Assembly: GCA_963771175.1 (NCBI GenBank)
Contig: CAVYSY010000040.1
Coordinates: 64,001-128,000 of the forward strand
Length of the DNA stretch: 64,000 nt
Direction: 5' to 3'
Origin: an uncultured delta proteobacterium
Lineage (GTDB): Bacteria; Myxococcota; Myxococcia; Myxococcales; Myxococcaceae
Part shown: in pieces, positions 46,770-58,859 of the stretch
How positions within the stretch are numbered: the first letter of the stretch is position 1
Layout of the letters: every line of letters starts with the position of its first letter
The notes under the pieces: model-generated
What the model was told of the DNA's origin: nothing
The model's input: only the letters and a program-made list of their open reading frames with translations
Databases searched by the model: none
Made by a program: the position numbers and the translations under genes

Positions 46770-48595
46770 GGGGCTCTCCACGTCCTACCGGGAGCGCCCC
46801 CCTCGCGTGGGCACTCGCCGCCGTGCTGCTGCTGGGCGCCTCTCTGGCCCATGCCGGGGACTTCTTCTCGCCGGGCGAGCTTGCCCGCCCCCACGCCTCG
46901 TTGGAGGGCCTGTCCAACTGCACGAAGTGCCACGAGGCCGGACAGAAGCTCTCCCAGGAGCGCTGCCTCTCCTGCCACACGGAGCTCGCCAGCGGCATTC
47001 GCAAGGGAGAGGGCTTCCACGGCAAGCTCTCCCAGTCCGAGCGCGCCTGCGAGTCCTGCCACAGCGAGCACCAGGGCCGCGAGCATGCGCTGGTGAACTG
47101 GGGGCCGAAGAAGCAGGGCGGCTTCGACCATGGCGCCCGGACGGGCTTCGCGCTGGAGGGTCAGCACGCCAGGTCCTCGTGTGAGAAGTGCCACGAGCCC
47201 CGGCTCATCGTGGACGAGGCGCTGCGCGCCCTGCTGAAGAAGCAGCCCGAGCGCAAGACGTTCCTCGGCCTCGCCACCGGGTGCAAGGCCTGCCACTTCG
47301 ACGAGCACCGCGGACAGCTCGGCGCGAAGTGCGAGCAGTGCCACACCCCGAAGGCGTGGAAGCCCGCCACCGGGTTCGACCACGCGAAGACGGACTTCGC
47401 CCTGGAGGGCGCGCACCGCAAGGTGGCCTGCACCGAGTGCCACTCGGCGACGCAGACGGACGCTCGGCCCCCGGACACCTTCCCCGCGCCGCGCTCGGCC
47501 ACCTTCGCCCGCTTCGAGAAGCTGCCCCACGCGAACTGCCTGGACTGCCACGAGGACACGCACCAGGGCCGCTTCGGCGAGCGCTGCGAGAGCTGCCACA
47601 CCGTGGAGAGCTGGCATCAGATCCGCAACGCGCAGAAGGACCGGGAGTTCCACGACAAGACGCGCTTCCCCCTGCGCGGGCTCCACCTGGACGTGGCCTG
47701 CAAGAGCTGCCACGGCCCGTTCCCCGGGAAACCGGCGCGTTTCAAGGGCCTCGCCTTCTCCTCGTGCGAGTCGTGCCATGCGGACGCGCACCTGGGACAG
47801 CTCGCCAGCACCAACGGCCGGGGGCCCGCGTGCGAGCAGTGCCACACCGTGGAGGGCTTCACCCCCGCGCGCTTCGATCTCGAGGACCACGCGAAAACGA
47901 AGTACCCGCTGGAGGGAGGTCACCTCGCGGTGGCCTGCACCTCCTGCCATCGCGAGGAGCCGCTGCTCACCAAGAAGGTGTCCGCGGCGCGCCAGGAGCT
48001 CGCGCGCAAGGGCCGCCCGATGCGCTTCAGTCTGATGTTGTTCGACTTCCCCTCGCGGGCCACCAGCGGATGCGAGAGCTGCCACTCGGATCCGCACGCG
48101 GGCCAGTTCACCGGGAAGGGCGGGTGCGCCACGTGCCACCAGGTGGACTCGTTCCACTCGCTGCGCTTCCAGCATGACCGGGACAGCCGCTTCCCGCTCA
48201 CCGGAAAGCATGCTTCCGTCGCGTGCGCGTCCTGCCACCCGTCCGTCGGGGAGAAGGGCCGCGAGCGGGTGCTCTTCCGCCCGATGGAGACGGACTGTGC
48301 CTCCTGCCACGAGGACGCGCACGCGGGCCAGTTCGCGCCGAAGCCGGGCCAGCCCACCGACTGCACCCAATGCCATGACACCTCGGGTTTCAAGCCCGCC
48401 CACTTCACCCACTCGCCTCCCTTCACCGACTTCCTCCTCCAGGGGCGTCACGCGGACGTGCCGTGCGAGCGGTGTCATCGCGCGGTGCCGGTGGGCGGAG
48501 GCGTCGAGGTGCGTCGGTTCGTGGGCCTCCCCAGGGACTGCGCGGGCTGCCACGCCGATGCCCACAAGGGTGCCTTCCAGGGGTTCCAGCCATGA
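46766..48595 (+). CDS. Exported multiheme cytochrome c, 20 CxxCH motifs
   Basis: GTGA overlap with the upstream gene; signal peptide ending AHA; 20 CxxCH counted by hand, in three-heme repeats. Confidence 0.9.
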
Positions 48596-49479
48596 ACGCG
48601 CGCTTCGTCTCCGTGCTCCTCGGCCTGCTCGCGCTGGCGCTGCTCGGCGCGGCACCGCCCCCACCCGCGCCCCAGCCTCGGGAGAAGCCGCTGGACATGT
48701 CGCTCATCCCCTCGCGACTGGTCCCCAAGACGGCGGCGCCGGGCCATCCACAAACGAAGTGTGAGCTCTGCCATTCGCCCTCGGGCTGGCACGAGGCCCA
48801 CTTCCCCCACGATCGCACCGGCTTCCCGCTCCAGGGCGCGCATGGCTCGGTGGGGTGCAAGGCGTGCCACACCCAGGGCTTCGAGTCGCCCCCGCCCCGC
48901 CAGTGCTCCGGCTGCCACCGCGATGCGCATGCCGGCGAGTTCGGCCAGCGGTGCGAGGGCTGTCACGAGTCCACGAGTTGGGCCGCCCGGTTCGACGCGG
49001 ACGCGCACCGCCGGACGAACTTCCCACTGGTGGGCCGGCACGCGATGCTGCCCTGCCAGGAGTGCCACGTGGATCAGCGCGGCCCCGTCTTCAGCCGCAA
49101 GACGGTGGAGTGCATCGGCTGCCACCAGCGCGACTACGAGCGCACGCGGTTGGTGTCGCTCGACCATGCGGCACTCGGATTCAGCACCGACTGCCGGCAG
49201 TGCCATGGCCCCTGGCGCTTCCAGGGCGCGCGCTTCCCCGGCCACGACGCCTGCTTCCAGCTCAGCCGGGGCGATCACGTCGGCCTGACCTGCCAGAGTT
49301 GCCACACCTCGCTCACGGGGCTCTCCGCCACCGGGGCCTGCGCCACCCGCACGGCCTCATGCAGCGGCTGCCACGAGCACTCCTGCTCCCACATGGATTC
49401 GGAGCACCAAAAGGTGCCTGGTTATCAGTGCAAGGATTTGAAGTGTTACGAGTGCCACCGCTTCTCGGTAAAACCCTGA
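48592..49479 (+). CDS. Exported decaheme cytochrome c
   Basis: ATGA overlap; signal peptide; 10 CxxCH. Confidence 0.9.
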   Translation: MNARFVSVLLGLLALALLGAAPPPPAPQPREKPLDMSLIPSRLVPKTAAPGHPQTKCELCHSPSGWHEAHFPHDRTGFPLQGAHGSVGCKACHTQGFESPPPRQCSGCHRDAHAGEFGQRCEGCHESTSWAARFDADAHRRTNFPLVGRHAMLPCQECHVDQRGPVFSRKTVECIGCHQRDYERTRLVSLDHAALGFSTDCRQCHGPWRFQGARFPGHDACFQLSRGDHVGLTCQSCHTSLTGLSATGACATRTASCSGCHEHSCSHMDSEHQKVPGYQCKDLKCYECHRFSVKP

Positions 49480-49498
49480 AGTCCTCCCGGAGGCCGTC

Positions 49499-50509
49499 AT
49501 GACCACCCACTTCCTTCCAGGCCGTCTCCTCTGCCTGATCGTGCTGCTGGCACTGACCGGCGCCTGCAGCCAGGGGTCCGCGGTTCCCAAGGCGCCCTCC
49601 GTCACCGCGCTCACCTTCGAGACGCATACGGCCTTCCCCGTCGCCGCCGGGGCACACGCGCGCACCGACTGCAACTCCTGTCACGGGGACTTCGATACCT
49701 TCCAGGAGTTCTCCTGTCTGGGTTGCCACGAGCACTCGCGGGATGTGACGGACCCGCGCCACGCGAGCATCCCCGACTACGCCTGGGACAGTGCGAAGTG
49801 CTACGAGTGCCACGCCGATGGCACGGCCGCGGGCGTGGACCACACCGCCTTCTTCCCCATCCAGGCTGGCACCACCCACTCAGGCATCGCCTGTTCCACC
49901 TGCCACGTGGTCCCCACCAACCGGAAGGTGGTGGACTGCATCACCTGCCACACCGCCCCGGAGACGACCCCGCGCCACAACGGCATCCCCGGCTATGAGT
50001 GGACGAGCCCCAATTGTCTCGTGTGCCACCCGAAGGGGGACGTCCAGGGCATCGACCACACCGCCTACTTCCCCATCCAGGCTGGCGCCTCCCACTCGGG
50101 CATCGCCTGCGCCACCTGCCACATGAACCCCACCAACCGGAAGGTGGTGGACTGCCTCACCTGCCACACCGCCGCGGAGACCGACCCGCAGCACGGCAAG
50201 GTCGGCGGCTACGCGCGGGACTCGGCCCGGTGCGTGCGCTGCCATGGCGACTCGCAGGTGGATCGCGTTTCCACCCACCTGCCCTTCGCCATCCTCTCCG
50301 GCTACAAGCACTACAGGACGTCGTGCCTCGAGTGTCACCCGGTGGCCCGCACGGACAAGCCCTTCGCCCAGGACTTCAACCCCTTCGACTGTCTCTCCTG
50401 CCACTCGAAGGGCGACATGGATGACAAGCACAAGGGCTTCTCCGTCTACCGCTACGTGTCCACCACGTGCGTGACGAGCGGCTGCCACGCCAACGGTCGG
50501 AAGCCCTGA
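49499..50509 (+). CDS. Putative lipoprotein multiheme cytochrome c (11 CxxCH plus one CX4CH)
   Basis: LALTGAC lipobox-like signal; RBS GGAGG; terminal CVTSGCH. Confidence 0.88.
   Translation: MTTHFLPGRLLCLIVLLALTGACSQGSAVPKAPSVTALTFETHTAFPVAAGAHARTDCNSCHGDFDTFQEFSCLGCHEHSRDVTDPRHASIPDYAWDSAKCYECHADGTAAGVDHTAFFPIQAGTTHSGIACSTCHVVPTNRKVVDCITCHTAPETTPRHNGIPGYEWTSPNCLVCHPKGDVQGIDHTAYFPIQAGASHSGIACATCHMNPTNRKVVDCLTCHTAAETDPQHGKVGGYARDSARCVRCHGDSQVDRVSTHLPFAILSGYKHYRTSCLECHPVARTDKPFAQDFNPFDCLSCHSKGDMDDKHKGFSVYRYVSTTCVTSGCHANGRKP
49838..50192 (+). repeat. Intragenic duplication with 216-bp period
   Basis: GACCACACCGCCT...CCCACCAACCGGAAGGTGGTGGACTGC... starts at 49838 and again at 50054, with high DNA identity. 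Confidence 0.85.
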
Positions 50510-52290
50510 TGCGCGTCCCTGGATTGCTGCTGCTCTGTCTGCTCGCCGGCCCGGTGGTTTCCGCCGCGCCCCGGAAGTCCCCTGGCTCCCAGGTGCGGCG
50601 CTCGAAGAAAAAGGCGGCCCCCTCCAGGGTTCCCGCCAGCGCGCCAGTGAAGGGCGCGGAGGACCCGTCGGCCACACCCGAGCGGCCCCCTCCGCCCGCC
50701 CGGGCCACGCGTGGGTCCCCGCCGGCCTGGGGCTCCGTCACCTACGTCAGCGGGGGGCGGGTGTACCTGGATAGGGGGCGGGACGAGGGACTGGAGAAGG
50801 GCCTCGAGCTGGCGCTCTCGCGCCGGGGACGGCCGGCCGGCGCCTGCCGCATCGAGTGGGTGGCGGACCACAACGCCGCTTGCCAGGGACAGGGCCTGCG
50901 CACGGGAGATCGCTTCGACCTCCCCCGGCGCGAGGTGGCCTCATCCGCTCCCGCGAGACCCCAGCCCGCGTCCACGGCCGAGCTCACCCGCCGACGCGCC
51001 CTGCTGGAAACGGCCCCCCAGCCACTCACCGAGTACGCGGCGGGGACGGTCGGGAGCACGCGGCGCTCGCCGGTGCAGGTGGAGCTCGGGCATACGAGCT
51101 GGGTGTCCACCACCGCGGGCGACTTCCACCAGGAGCGGGTGGACGTGTCGCTCAGGGAGATGCCGCTGGGGGCGGGGTTCCGCCTGTCCTTCGATGCCAG
51201 CGCGCTGGCCTGGACGGGGCGCCCGGAGGACTTCCGCTCGCCCTCTCGCACGGTGGCACGGCTCTACGTGCGCGAGGGCGAGGTGACGCACCGCGAGCCC
51301 GGTCAACACCTCGCGCTGGCGGTGGGGCGCGTGTGGCCCTGGTACGTGCCGGGCGTGGCGATGTTCGACGGAGCGCAGGTGGGCTGGCGCAGCAAGGACG
51401 GCGGGCTCGAGGTGGGAGGCTTCGGCGGCGGAGTGCCGGACCCGGTCACGCTGGAGCCCAGTTTCCGGCGCCTGGCGGCGGGTGCCTACGTGGCGGGACG
51501 GTACACGGGGGCCTCGGGAAGCACGCTGCGCCTGCTGCAACACGAGGCCCGGGTGTCCTTCATGTCCGCGCCCGAGTACGGCAACCGTGTGGAGGCCGAG
51601 GGACGGGTCCGCGCCTGGCTGGGAAGCTCCACGGACGTGGGCGCCTGGGTGCGACTGGGGCTGGGAGATGCGATGGCTCCGGCGGCCGTGGATGCGGCGC
51701 GGCTGGACGTGGACGTGCGCCCCTCGGAGGCGTGGAGGCTCTCCGGTCGCGTGCGGTACACGGGGACGATGGCGCTCGACGTCCCCGCGCCGCTGGACGA
51801 GCTGTCGCTCCGGAGCCGCTCGGTGAACGCGGACGTGACGGCCACCTGGCAACCGGTGCCGTCGCTCTCGGCCGGTGTCACGGGCCTGCTGGCGAGGGAC
51901 ATCGAGACGGCGCTCGCGAGGCAGCTCGTGGGCCCGGAGTTGGCGTTCCCCCGCCTCTTTGGAAACCGGGGAGGACTCTCGCTGGGCTACCTGGAGGAAC
52001 TGGGCTGGATGCGAGGCCGGAGTGCCCATGTGCAGGCGGTGCTGCGGCCCGCCGAGCCGTTGCGGCTGCTCGGGCGCGTGAGCTGGTTCGAGGAGCAGTC
52101 GGTGGACGGGTCCGTGGAGATGCCGTCCACGCGCGAAGTGGGCCTGTACGCCAGCACCGAGTACTCCCCGGCGCGCTGGCTGTCGGTGCGCGTCTCGGTG
52201 CTCGCCCGCGTCGCCGCCAACGAGCTGGCCGAGGACACCGCCCCGCCCGGCGGGCTCGTGGGCCACGCGAGCCTGGCCGGTTCGTTCTGA
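50509..52290 (+). CDS. Putative outer-membrane beta-barrel protein
   Basis: TGATG overlap; signal peptide; small N-terminal domain then many amphipathic beta-strands; C-terminal HASLAGSF (terminal Phe). Confidence 0.72.
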   Translation: MRVPGLLLLCLLAGPVVSAAPRKSPGSQVRRSKKKAAPSRVPASAPVKGAEDPSATPERPPPPARATRGSPPAWGSVTYVSGGRVYLDRGRDEGLEKGLELALSRRGRPAGACRIEWVADHNAACQGQGLRTGDRFDLPRREVASSAPARPQPASTAELTRRRALLETAPQPLTEYAAGTVGSTRRSPVQVELGHTSWVSTTAGDFHQERVDVSLREMPLGAGFRLSFDASALAWTGRPEDFRSPSRTVARLYVREGEVTHREPGQHLALAVGRVWPWYVPGVAMFDGAQVGWRSKDGGLEVGGFGGGVPDPVTLEPSFRRLAAGAYVAGRYTGASGSTLRLLQHEARVSFMSAPEYGNRVEAEGRVRAWLGSSTDVGAWVRLGLGDAMAPAAVDAARLDVDVRPSEAWRLSGRVRYTGTMALDVPAPLDELSLRSRSVNADVTATWQPVPSLSAGVTGLLARDIETALARQLVGPELAFPRLFGNRGGLSLGYLEELGWMRGRSAHVQAVLRPAEPLRLLGRVSWFEEQSVDGSVEMPSTREVGLYASTEYSPARWLSVRVSVLARVAANELAEDTAPPGGLVGHASLAGSF

Positions 52291-52309
52291 GGGGCAGGGC
52301 GCCCGCCTG

Positions 52310-52350
52310 AAAGCAGAAAGGCCGCCCCTCGGGAGAGGGAGCGGCCTTCG
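52310..52350. terminator. Terminator between the convergent barrel gene and rpmF
   Basis: AAGGCCGC-CCCTC...GAGGG-A-GCGGCCTT hairpin with an A-rich 5' flank (U-rich for rpmF). Confidence 0.7.
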
Positions 52351-52379
52351 TGCCTTCCAGTGGGGCTGGAGTCAGCTGA

Positions 52380-52568
52380 TCAGGCCTGAGCGCCCGGCAC
52401 CGTCTCGCGGCCCTTGTAGAAGCCGCACGCCGCGCAGGCGCGGTGCGGAAGCACCGGCTCCTTGCAGTTGGTGCACTTAATCACCTGCACAGCGGTCCGC
52501 AGGTTGTTGTTGGCCGCGCGACGGCGGTCACGACGCATCTTGGAAGTACGCTTCTTGGGAACACCCAC
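52380..52568 (-). CDS. rpmF: 50S ribosomal protein L32 (zinc-binding form)
   Basis: GVPKKRTSKMRRDRRR...CTNC...PHRACAACGFYKG. Confidence 0.95.
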   Translation of the reverse strand: MGVPKKRTSKMRRDRRRAANNNLRTAVQVIKCTNCKEPVLPHRACAACGFYKGRETVPGAQA

Positions 52569-52820
52569 GGCTCACCTCTATATCGTCACGGCCCTGGACC
52601 CCGGGGCTTCCCCACCGGTCCCGACCGGCAAAAGCTCGGAAGGCGGCGGACCCTAGCCGCTCGGAACGTGTGAGTCAACGCGCCTGTGCGGGGGAACGCC
52701 GTGCCCTGGTCCAACCGGGGCCGGGGTGCCGGCATTCTTACGCCCACCCGCCCGAATCTGTCCACCTGCCTGCTCTCCAGGCTCCCTCCTCCGGGGCGTC
52801 CATGGAAGGATGCGCCGCCC

Positions 52821-53885
52821 ATGAGGCTCGTCCTGGATGCGATGGGGGGTGACCATGCTCCCGAGGCCCCCATTGAGGGGGCTCTCCTGTTCGCGCGTGA
52901 GTTCCCCGATCACGAGGTGGTGCTCGTGGGAGACCTGCCGCGCCTGCGCGAGCCCCTGTCCCGTGCCGGGGGCGCCCCGGACAACGTGCGCCTCCACCCC
53001 GCCTCCCAGGTGGTGGAGATGGAGGATCACCCCATCTCGGCCATCCGTCACAAGAAGGACTCCTCCCTGCGGGTGGGCTTCGAGCTCGTCCGCCAGGGCG
53101 AGGCCGAGGCGCTGGTGTCGGCGGGGCACTCGGGGGCGGTGATGGCGGGGGGGCTGCTGGTGCTCGGCCGCATCCCCGGGGTGGAGCGCCCGGCGATCGC
53201 CACCCTGCTGCCCGCCCTCAAGGGTGGGGGGCGCTGTCTCCTGCTGGACGCCGGAGCCAACGTGGAGTGCCGGCCCGTCCACCTCGCCCAATGGGCGGTC
53301 TTGGGCGAGGCCTACGTGCGCGCCCGCCTGGGCCTTCCCCGCCCGCGCGTGGCGGTGCTCTCCAATGGCGAGGAGCCCTCCAAGGGCACCTCCCTCACCC
53401 GCGAGGCCTCGGAGCTGCTGCGCGCCTCGGATCTGGACTTCGTCGGCTACGTGGAGGGGAAGGACATCTTCTCCGGGGACGTGGAGGTGGTCGTCACCGA
53501 CGGCTTCACCGGCAACGTGGTCCTCAAGACGTCCGAGGGGGTGGCGGCGGCCGTGACGGGGCTCCTGCGCTCGGCCATCGAGCGGCGCGGGGGCCTGCCG
53601 GAGAAGCTGGGAGCGCTGCTGCTGCAGCCCACCTTCACCGGCCTGAAGAAGATGATGGACTACGCCGAGTACGGAGGCGCGCCGCTGCTCGGCCTCGAGG
53701 GCGTGGGCATCGTGGCCCATGGCCGCAGCTCGCCCCGGGCCATCCAGAAGGCCCTGGAGGCCGCCCTGCAGACGGCCCAGGCCGGATTACGTGCCGAATT
53801 GACGCGTCGCATCGCGGAAGCCGCCGCCTGGCTCCCTGCTCGACAGCGGGGAAAGGGGGCGACAGAGGAGGTTCTTTCCGATTAG
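52821..53885 (+). CDS. plsX: Phosphate acyltransferase PlsX
   Basis: LDAMGGDHAP, KKDSSL, LDAGAN, DGFTGNVVLK, YGGAPLLG. Confidence 0.96.
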   Translation: MRLVLDAMGGDHAPEAPIEGALLFAREFPDHEVVLVGDLPRLREPLSRAGGAPDNVRLHPASQVVEMEDHPISAIRHKKDSSLRVGFELVRQGEAEALVSAGHSGAVMAGGLLVLGRIPGVERPAIATLLPALKGGGRCLLLDAGANVECRPVHLAQWAVLGEAYVRARLGLPRPRVAVLSNGEEPSKGTSLTREASELLRASDLDFVGYVEGKDIFSGDVEVVVTDGFTGNVVLKTSEGVAAAVTGLLRSAIERRGGLPEKLGALLLQPTFTGLKKMMDYAEYGGAPLLGLEGVGIVAHGRSSPRAIQKALEAALQTAQAGLRAELTRRIAEAAAWLPARQRGKGATEEVLSD

Positions 53886-53933
53886 AGAGCGCGCGCGAGG
53901 CGTTCGTGTCCGGGACATCACCCAGGAGTCACC

Positions 53934-54917
53934 TTGGCACGCACGCAGATCATCGGTACCGGCTCGTACGCTCCGGAGAAGGTCCTGACCAACGCCGACC
54001 TCGAGAAGATCGTCGACACGACGGACGAGTGGATCACCGCGCGTACCGGGATCCGCAAGCGTCGGGTGGCGGCACCGGGCGAGGCCACCAGCGACATGGC
54101 CGTGCAGGCGGCCCGCCAGGCGCTGGAGATGGCCGGCGTCCGTCCGGAGGAGCTGGGGCTCATCGTGGTGGGCACCGTCACGCCGGACATGCCCATGCCC
54201 TCCTGTGCCGCGGTGGTGCAGGCCAGGCTGGGGGCGAAGAACGCCTTCGCCTTCGACGTGGCGGCGGCGTGCGCGGGCTCGCTCTACGCCCTCTCGGTGG
54301 CGGACCACTTCATCCGCGGCGGCCAGGTGAAGCGCGCGCTGGTCATCGGCGCCGAGATGCTCAGCCGGACGGTCAATTGGGATGACCGCAACACCTGCGT
54401 GCTCTTCGGGGACGCGGCGGGCGCCATGGTGATCGCCCCCGCCGAGGACGAGTCGCGCGGGCTCCTCTCCACGCACCTCTATACGGACGGCTCCCTCGCG
54501 GAGATCCTCTGCATCCCGGGCGGCGGCACCAGCAAGCCGGCTTGCGAGGCGGTGCTGAAGGAGAAGTTGAACACGCTGCACATGAACGGCCGCGAGGTCT
54601 TCAAGTTCGCGGTGCGCGCGCTGGCGGACTCCACCCACACGGCCCTCGAGTCCAATGGGCTACACGCCCGGGACGTGGACCACGTCATCGCCCATCAGGC
54701 GAACATCCGCATCCTCGAAGCCGTGCTACAGCGGCTGGAGCTGCCGGTGGAGAAGTGCTGGCTCAACCTGCACGAGTACGGCAATACGTCCTCCGCGTCC
54801 CTGCCCATGACGCTGGATGAGGCCAACCGGGCGGGCCGGCTGAAGCAGGGCGACGTGGTGGCGATGATGGCCATTGGCGCGGGGATGACGTGGGGCAGCG
54901 CGGTCATGCGCTGGTAG
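53934..54917 (+). CDS. fabH: Beta-ketoacyl-ACP synthase III
   Basis: AACAG, HQANIRI, YGNTSSAS. Confidence 0.95.
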   Translation: MARTQIIGTGSYAPEKVLTNADLEKIVDTTDEWITARTGIRKRRVAAPGEATSDMAVQAARQALEMAGVRPEELGLIVVGTVTPDMPMPSCAAVVQARLGAKNAFAFDVAAACAGSLYALSVADHFIRGGQVKRALVIGAEMLSRTVNWDDRNTCVLFGDAAGAMVIAPAEDESRGLLSTHLYTDGSLAEILCIPGGGTSKPACEAVLKEKLNTLHMNGREVFKFAVRALADSTHTALESNGLHARDVDHVIAHQANIRILEAVLQRLELPVEKCWLNLHEYGNTSSASLPMTLDEANRAGRLKQGDVVAMMAIGAGMTWGSAVMRW

Positions 54918-54946
54918 CGAGTGATTTCAGGGAGGGAGCACCGAAG

Positions 54947-55882
54947 ATGGCGAAGAGCGCGTTCGTCTTCCCCGGCCAGGGCAGCCAGGCTGTCGGCATG
55001 GGGAAGGACCTGTACGAGAAGTTTCCCGAGGCCCGGGCCGTGTTCGAGGCGGCCGACGATGCGTTGGGCGAGAAGTTCTCCCAGGTCCTCTTCGAGGGGC
55101 CGGAGTCGGCGCTCAAGCTGACGGCCAACACCCAGCCGGCCATCCTCATCGTGTCGGTGGCGGCGCACGCCGTCTTCTCCCAGCGGGCACCGGCGCCGGC
55201 CTTCGTGGCGGGTCACTCGCTGGGCGAGTACTCGGCCCTGGTGGCGGCGGGCTCGCTGCAACTCGCGGACGCGGTGCGGGCGGTGCGCGCCCGTGGCACC
55301 TTCATGCAGGAGGCGGTGCCCGAGGGCGTGGGCGCCATGGCGGCCATCCTCGGCCTGACGCCGGACAAGGTGAAGGCGGCCTGCGACGAGGCGGCCCAGG
55401 GCCAGGTGGTGTCTCCCGCCAACTACAACTCGCCGGAGCAGACGGTCATCGCCGGCCACGCGCAGGCGGTGGAGCGCGCCGGAGCGAAGTGCAAGGAGCT
55501 GGGCGCCAAGCGCGTCATGCCCCTGCCCGTGTCCGCCCCCTTCCACTGCGCGCTGATGGATCCGGTGAAGCCGCGCCTGGGCGAGGTGCTCTCCCAGGTG
55601 AAGCTGTCCGCCCCGTCCGTCCCGGTGGTGACGAACGTGGAGGCGAAGCCCAACGCCGAGGTCGCCCGCGTGGTGCCGCTGCTGCTCGAGCAGGTCAGCG
55701 CCCCGGTGCGGTGGATTGAGTGCGTGGAGGCCCTCAAGGCCGAGGGCGTGACGCGCATCATCGAGCTGGGCCCCGGCAAGGTGCTGAGCGGGCTCACCAA
55801 GCGCATCACCAAGGACATCGAGTCGTTCAACGTGGAAGACTCCGCGAGCCTGGAGAAGGCTCTCGCGGCACTGGGGGCCTGA
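54947..55882 (+). CDS. fabD: Malonyl-CoA:ACP transacylase
   Basis: FPGQGSQ, GHSLGEY, SAPFH. Confidence 0.96.
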   Translation: MAKSAFVFPGQGSQAVGMGKDLYEKFPEARAVFEAADDALGEKFSQVLFEGPESALKLTANTQPAILIVSVAAHAVFSQRAPAPAFVAGHSLGEYSALVAAGSLQLADAVRAVRARGTFMQEAVPEGVGAMAAILGLTPDKVKAACDEAAQGQVVSPANYNSPEQTVIAGHAQAVERAGAKCKELGAKRVMPLPVSAPFHCALMDPVKPRLGEVLSQVKLSAPSVPVVTNVEAKPNAEVARVVPLLLEQVSAPVRWIECVEALKAEGVTRIIELGPGKVLSGLTKRITKDIESFNVEDSASLEKALAALGA

Positions 55883-55885
55883 GAG

Positions 55886-56633
55886 ATGAGCGCGTTCAAG
55901 GACAAGGTGGTGCTGGTGACGGGCGGCTCGCGGGGGATCGGCCGCTCCATCGCGGTGGCCTTCGCCAAGCAGGGCGCCACCGTGGTCATCAGCTACGCGG
56001 GCAACGAGGCCGCGGCGCAGGAGACGCTGGGTCTCATCCAGGCCGCGGGCGGCAAGGGCGAGGCAGTGCGCTTCGACGTGTCCGACTCCACCGCCTGCGC
56101 GGGCGCCGTGGAGAACGTGGTGAAGACGCACGGCCGCCTGGACGTGCTCGTCAACAACGCCGGCGTGGCCGTGGACGGCCTGGTCATGCGGGTGAAGGAC
56201 GAGGACTGGGACAAGCAGCTCGATACCAACCTGAAGGGGGCCTTCTCGCTCATCCGCGCGGCCAGCCGGCCGATGATGAAGCAGCGGGGCGGGGCCATCA
56301 TCAACCTCACCTCCGTGGTGGGCGAGATGGGCAACGGCGGTCAGGCCGCCTACTCGGCCTCCAAAGCGGGCCTCATCGGGTCTGACCAAGTCCGTGGCCA
56401 AGGAGCTGGCCAGCCGCAACATCCGGGTGAACGCCGTGTCCCCGGGCTTCATCGGCACGGACATGACCTCTCACCTGGAGGGGGAGACGCGGGAGAAGAT
56501 GATGGCCGCCATCCCGCTGGGTCGCCTGGGGTCCCCCGAGGACGTCGCCAACGCCGTCCTCTTCCTCGCCAGCGATGCCGCCGCCTACATCACCGGAGAG
56601 GTCCTGAAGGTGAACGGCGGCATGTACATGTAG
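55886..56633 (+). CDS. fabG: 3-oxoacyl-ACP reductase (frameshift near 56380)
   Basis: [17 protein letters not shown]; continuation [18 protein letters not shown]...NGGMYM. Confidence 0.93.
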
Positions 56634-56736
56634 CCAAGGGTTGGATCGGCGGCGGTCGTGGAGTATACCGCGCCGGCCTTTACTCGGTCCGGGGAGTATG
56701 CCGGACCCCTACGCGGTTCTGGAGGGTTCAATACCT

Positions 56737-56982
56737 ATGTCGAATTCGTCTTCTATCGAGGCCAAGGTCAAGTCCATCATCGCCGACCAGCTGGGCGTGG
56801 GGGAGGAAGAGATCAAGCCCGAGTCCTCGTTCATCGAGGATCTGGGCGCGGACAGCCTCGACATCGTGGAGCTGGTGATGGCGATGGAGGAGGAGTTCGA
56901 GGTCGAGATCCCCGACGAGGAGGCCGAGAACATCAAGTCCGTCGGCGACGCCATCAACTACATCAATACGCACAAGAAGTAG
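56737..56982 (+). CDS. acpP: Acyl carrier protein
   Basis: [20 protein letters not shown]. Confidence 0.97.
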   Translation: MSNSSSIEAKVKSIIADQLGVGEEEIKPESSFIEDLGADSLDIVELVMAMEEEFEVEIPDEEAENIKSVGDAINYINTHKK

Positions 56983-57057
56983 GCGGCGATGTAGGGCCGG
57001 GGAGCGCTGGCCCCCCCAGCGTTCCATGGCAGCAGCGCGTATTCAGTGGAGAGCAAC

Positions 57058-58315
<1,258 letters not shown>

Positions 58316-58376
58316 GACGCAGCACCCCTCTCCCTCCGAGAGGGGTCTGCCCCATCTGGACGGAGGGAGGTTCCGC

Positions 58377-58826
58377 GTGAAGCTCATCATCGCGTCGGAC
58401 CATGCGGGACTGGAGCTGCGGCGTGAACTGGTGGCCCTCCTCACGGAGAAGGGCATCGCGTTCGACGACGTGGGCCCCACCACGACCGCATCGGTGGACT
58501 ACCCGGACTTCGCCAAGAGCGTGTCCAAGGCCGTGGCCGATGGCCGCTACACCCACGGCGTGCTGGTGTGTGGCACCGGCATCGGCATGAGCATCGTGGC
58601 CAACAAGTACCGGGGCGTGCGCGCGGCCCTGTGTACGACCGAGTTCGAGGCCCGGATGGCTCGTGCCCACAACGACGCCAACGTGCTGTGCCTCGGCCAG
58701 CGCGTCGTCGGTCCGGGCGTGGGCCGGGGCATCCTCGAGGCCTTCCTGGCCACCCCCTTCGAGGGCGGCCGGCACCAGAAGCGCGTCGACAAGATTCGCG
58801 AGGCCGAGTCCGACAACGGACGCTGA
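58377..58826 (+). CDS. rpiB: Ribose-5-phosphate isomerase B
   Basis: SDHAG, CGTGIG, HNDANVL, FEGGRH. Confidence 0.95.
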   Translation: MKLIIASDHAGLELRRELVALLTEKGIAFDDVGPTTTASVDYPDFAKSVSKAVADGRYTHGVLVCGTGIGMSIVANKYRGVRAALCTTEFEARMARAHNDANVLCLGQRVVGPGVGRGILEAFLATPFEGGRHQKRVDKIREAESDNGR

Positions 58827-58859
58827 AGGCCCCTGTTCCTACCGAGGGAGAGCGTGTCC

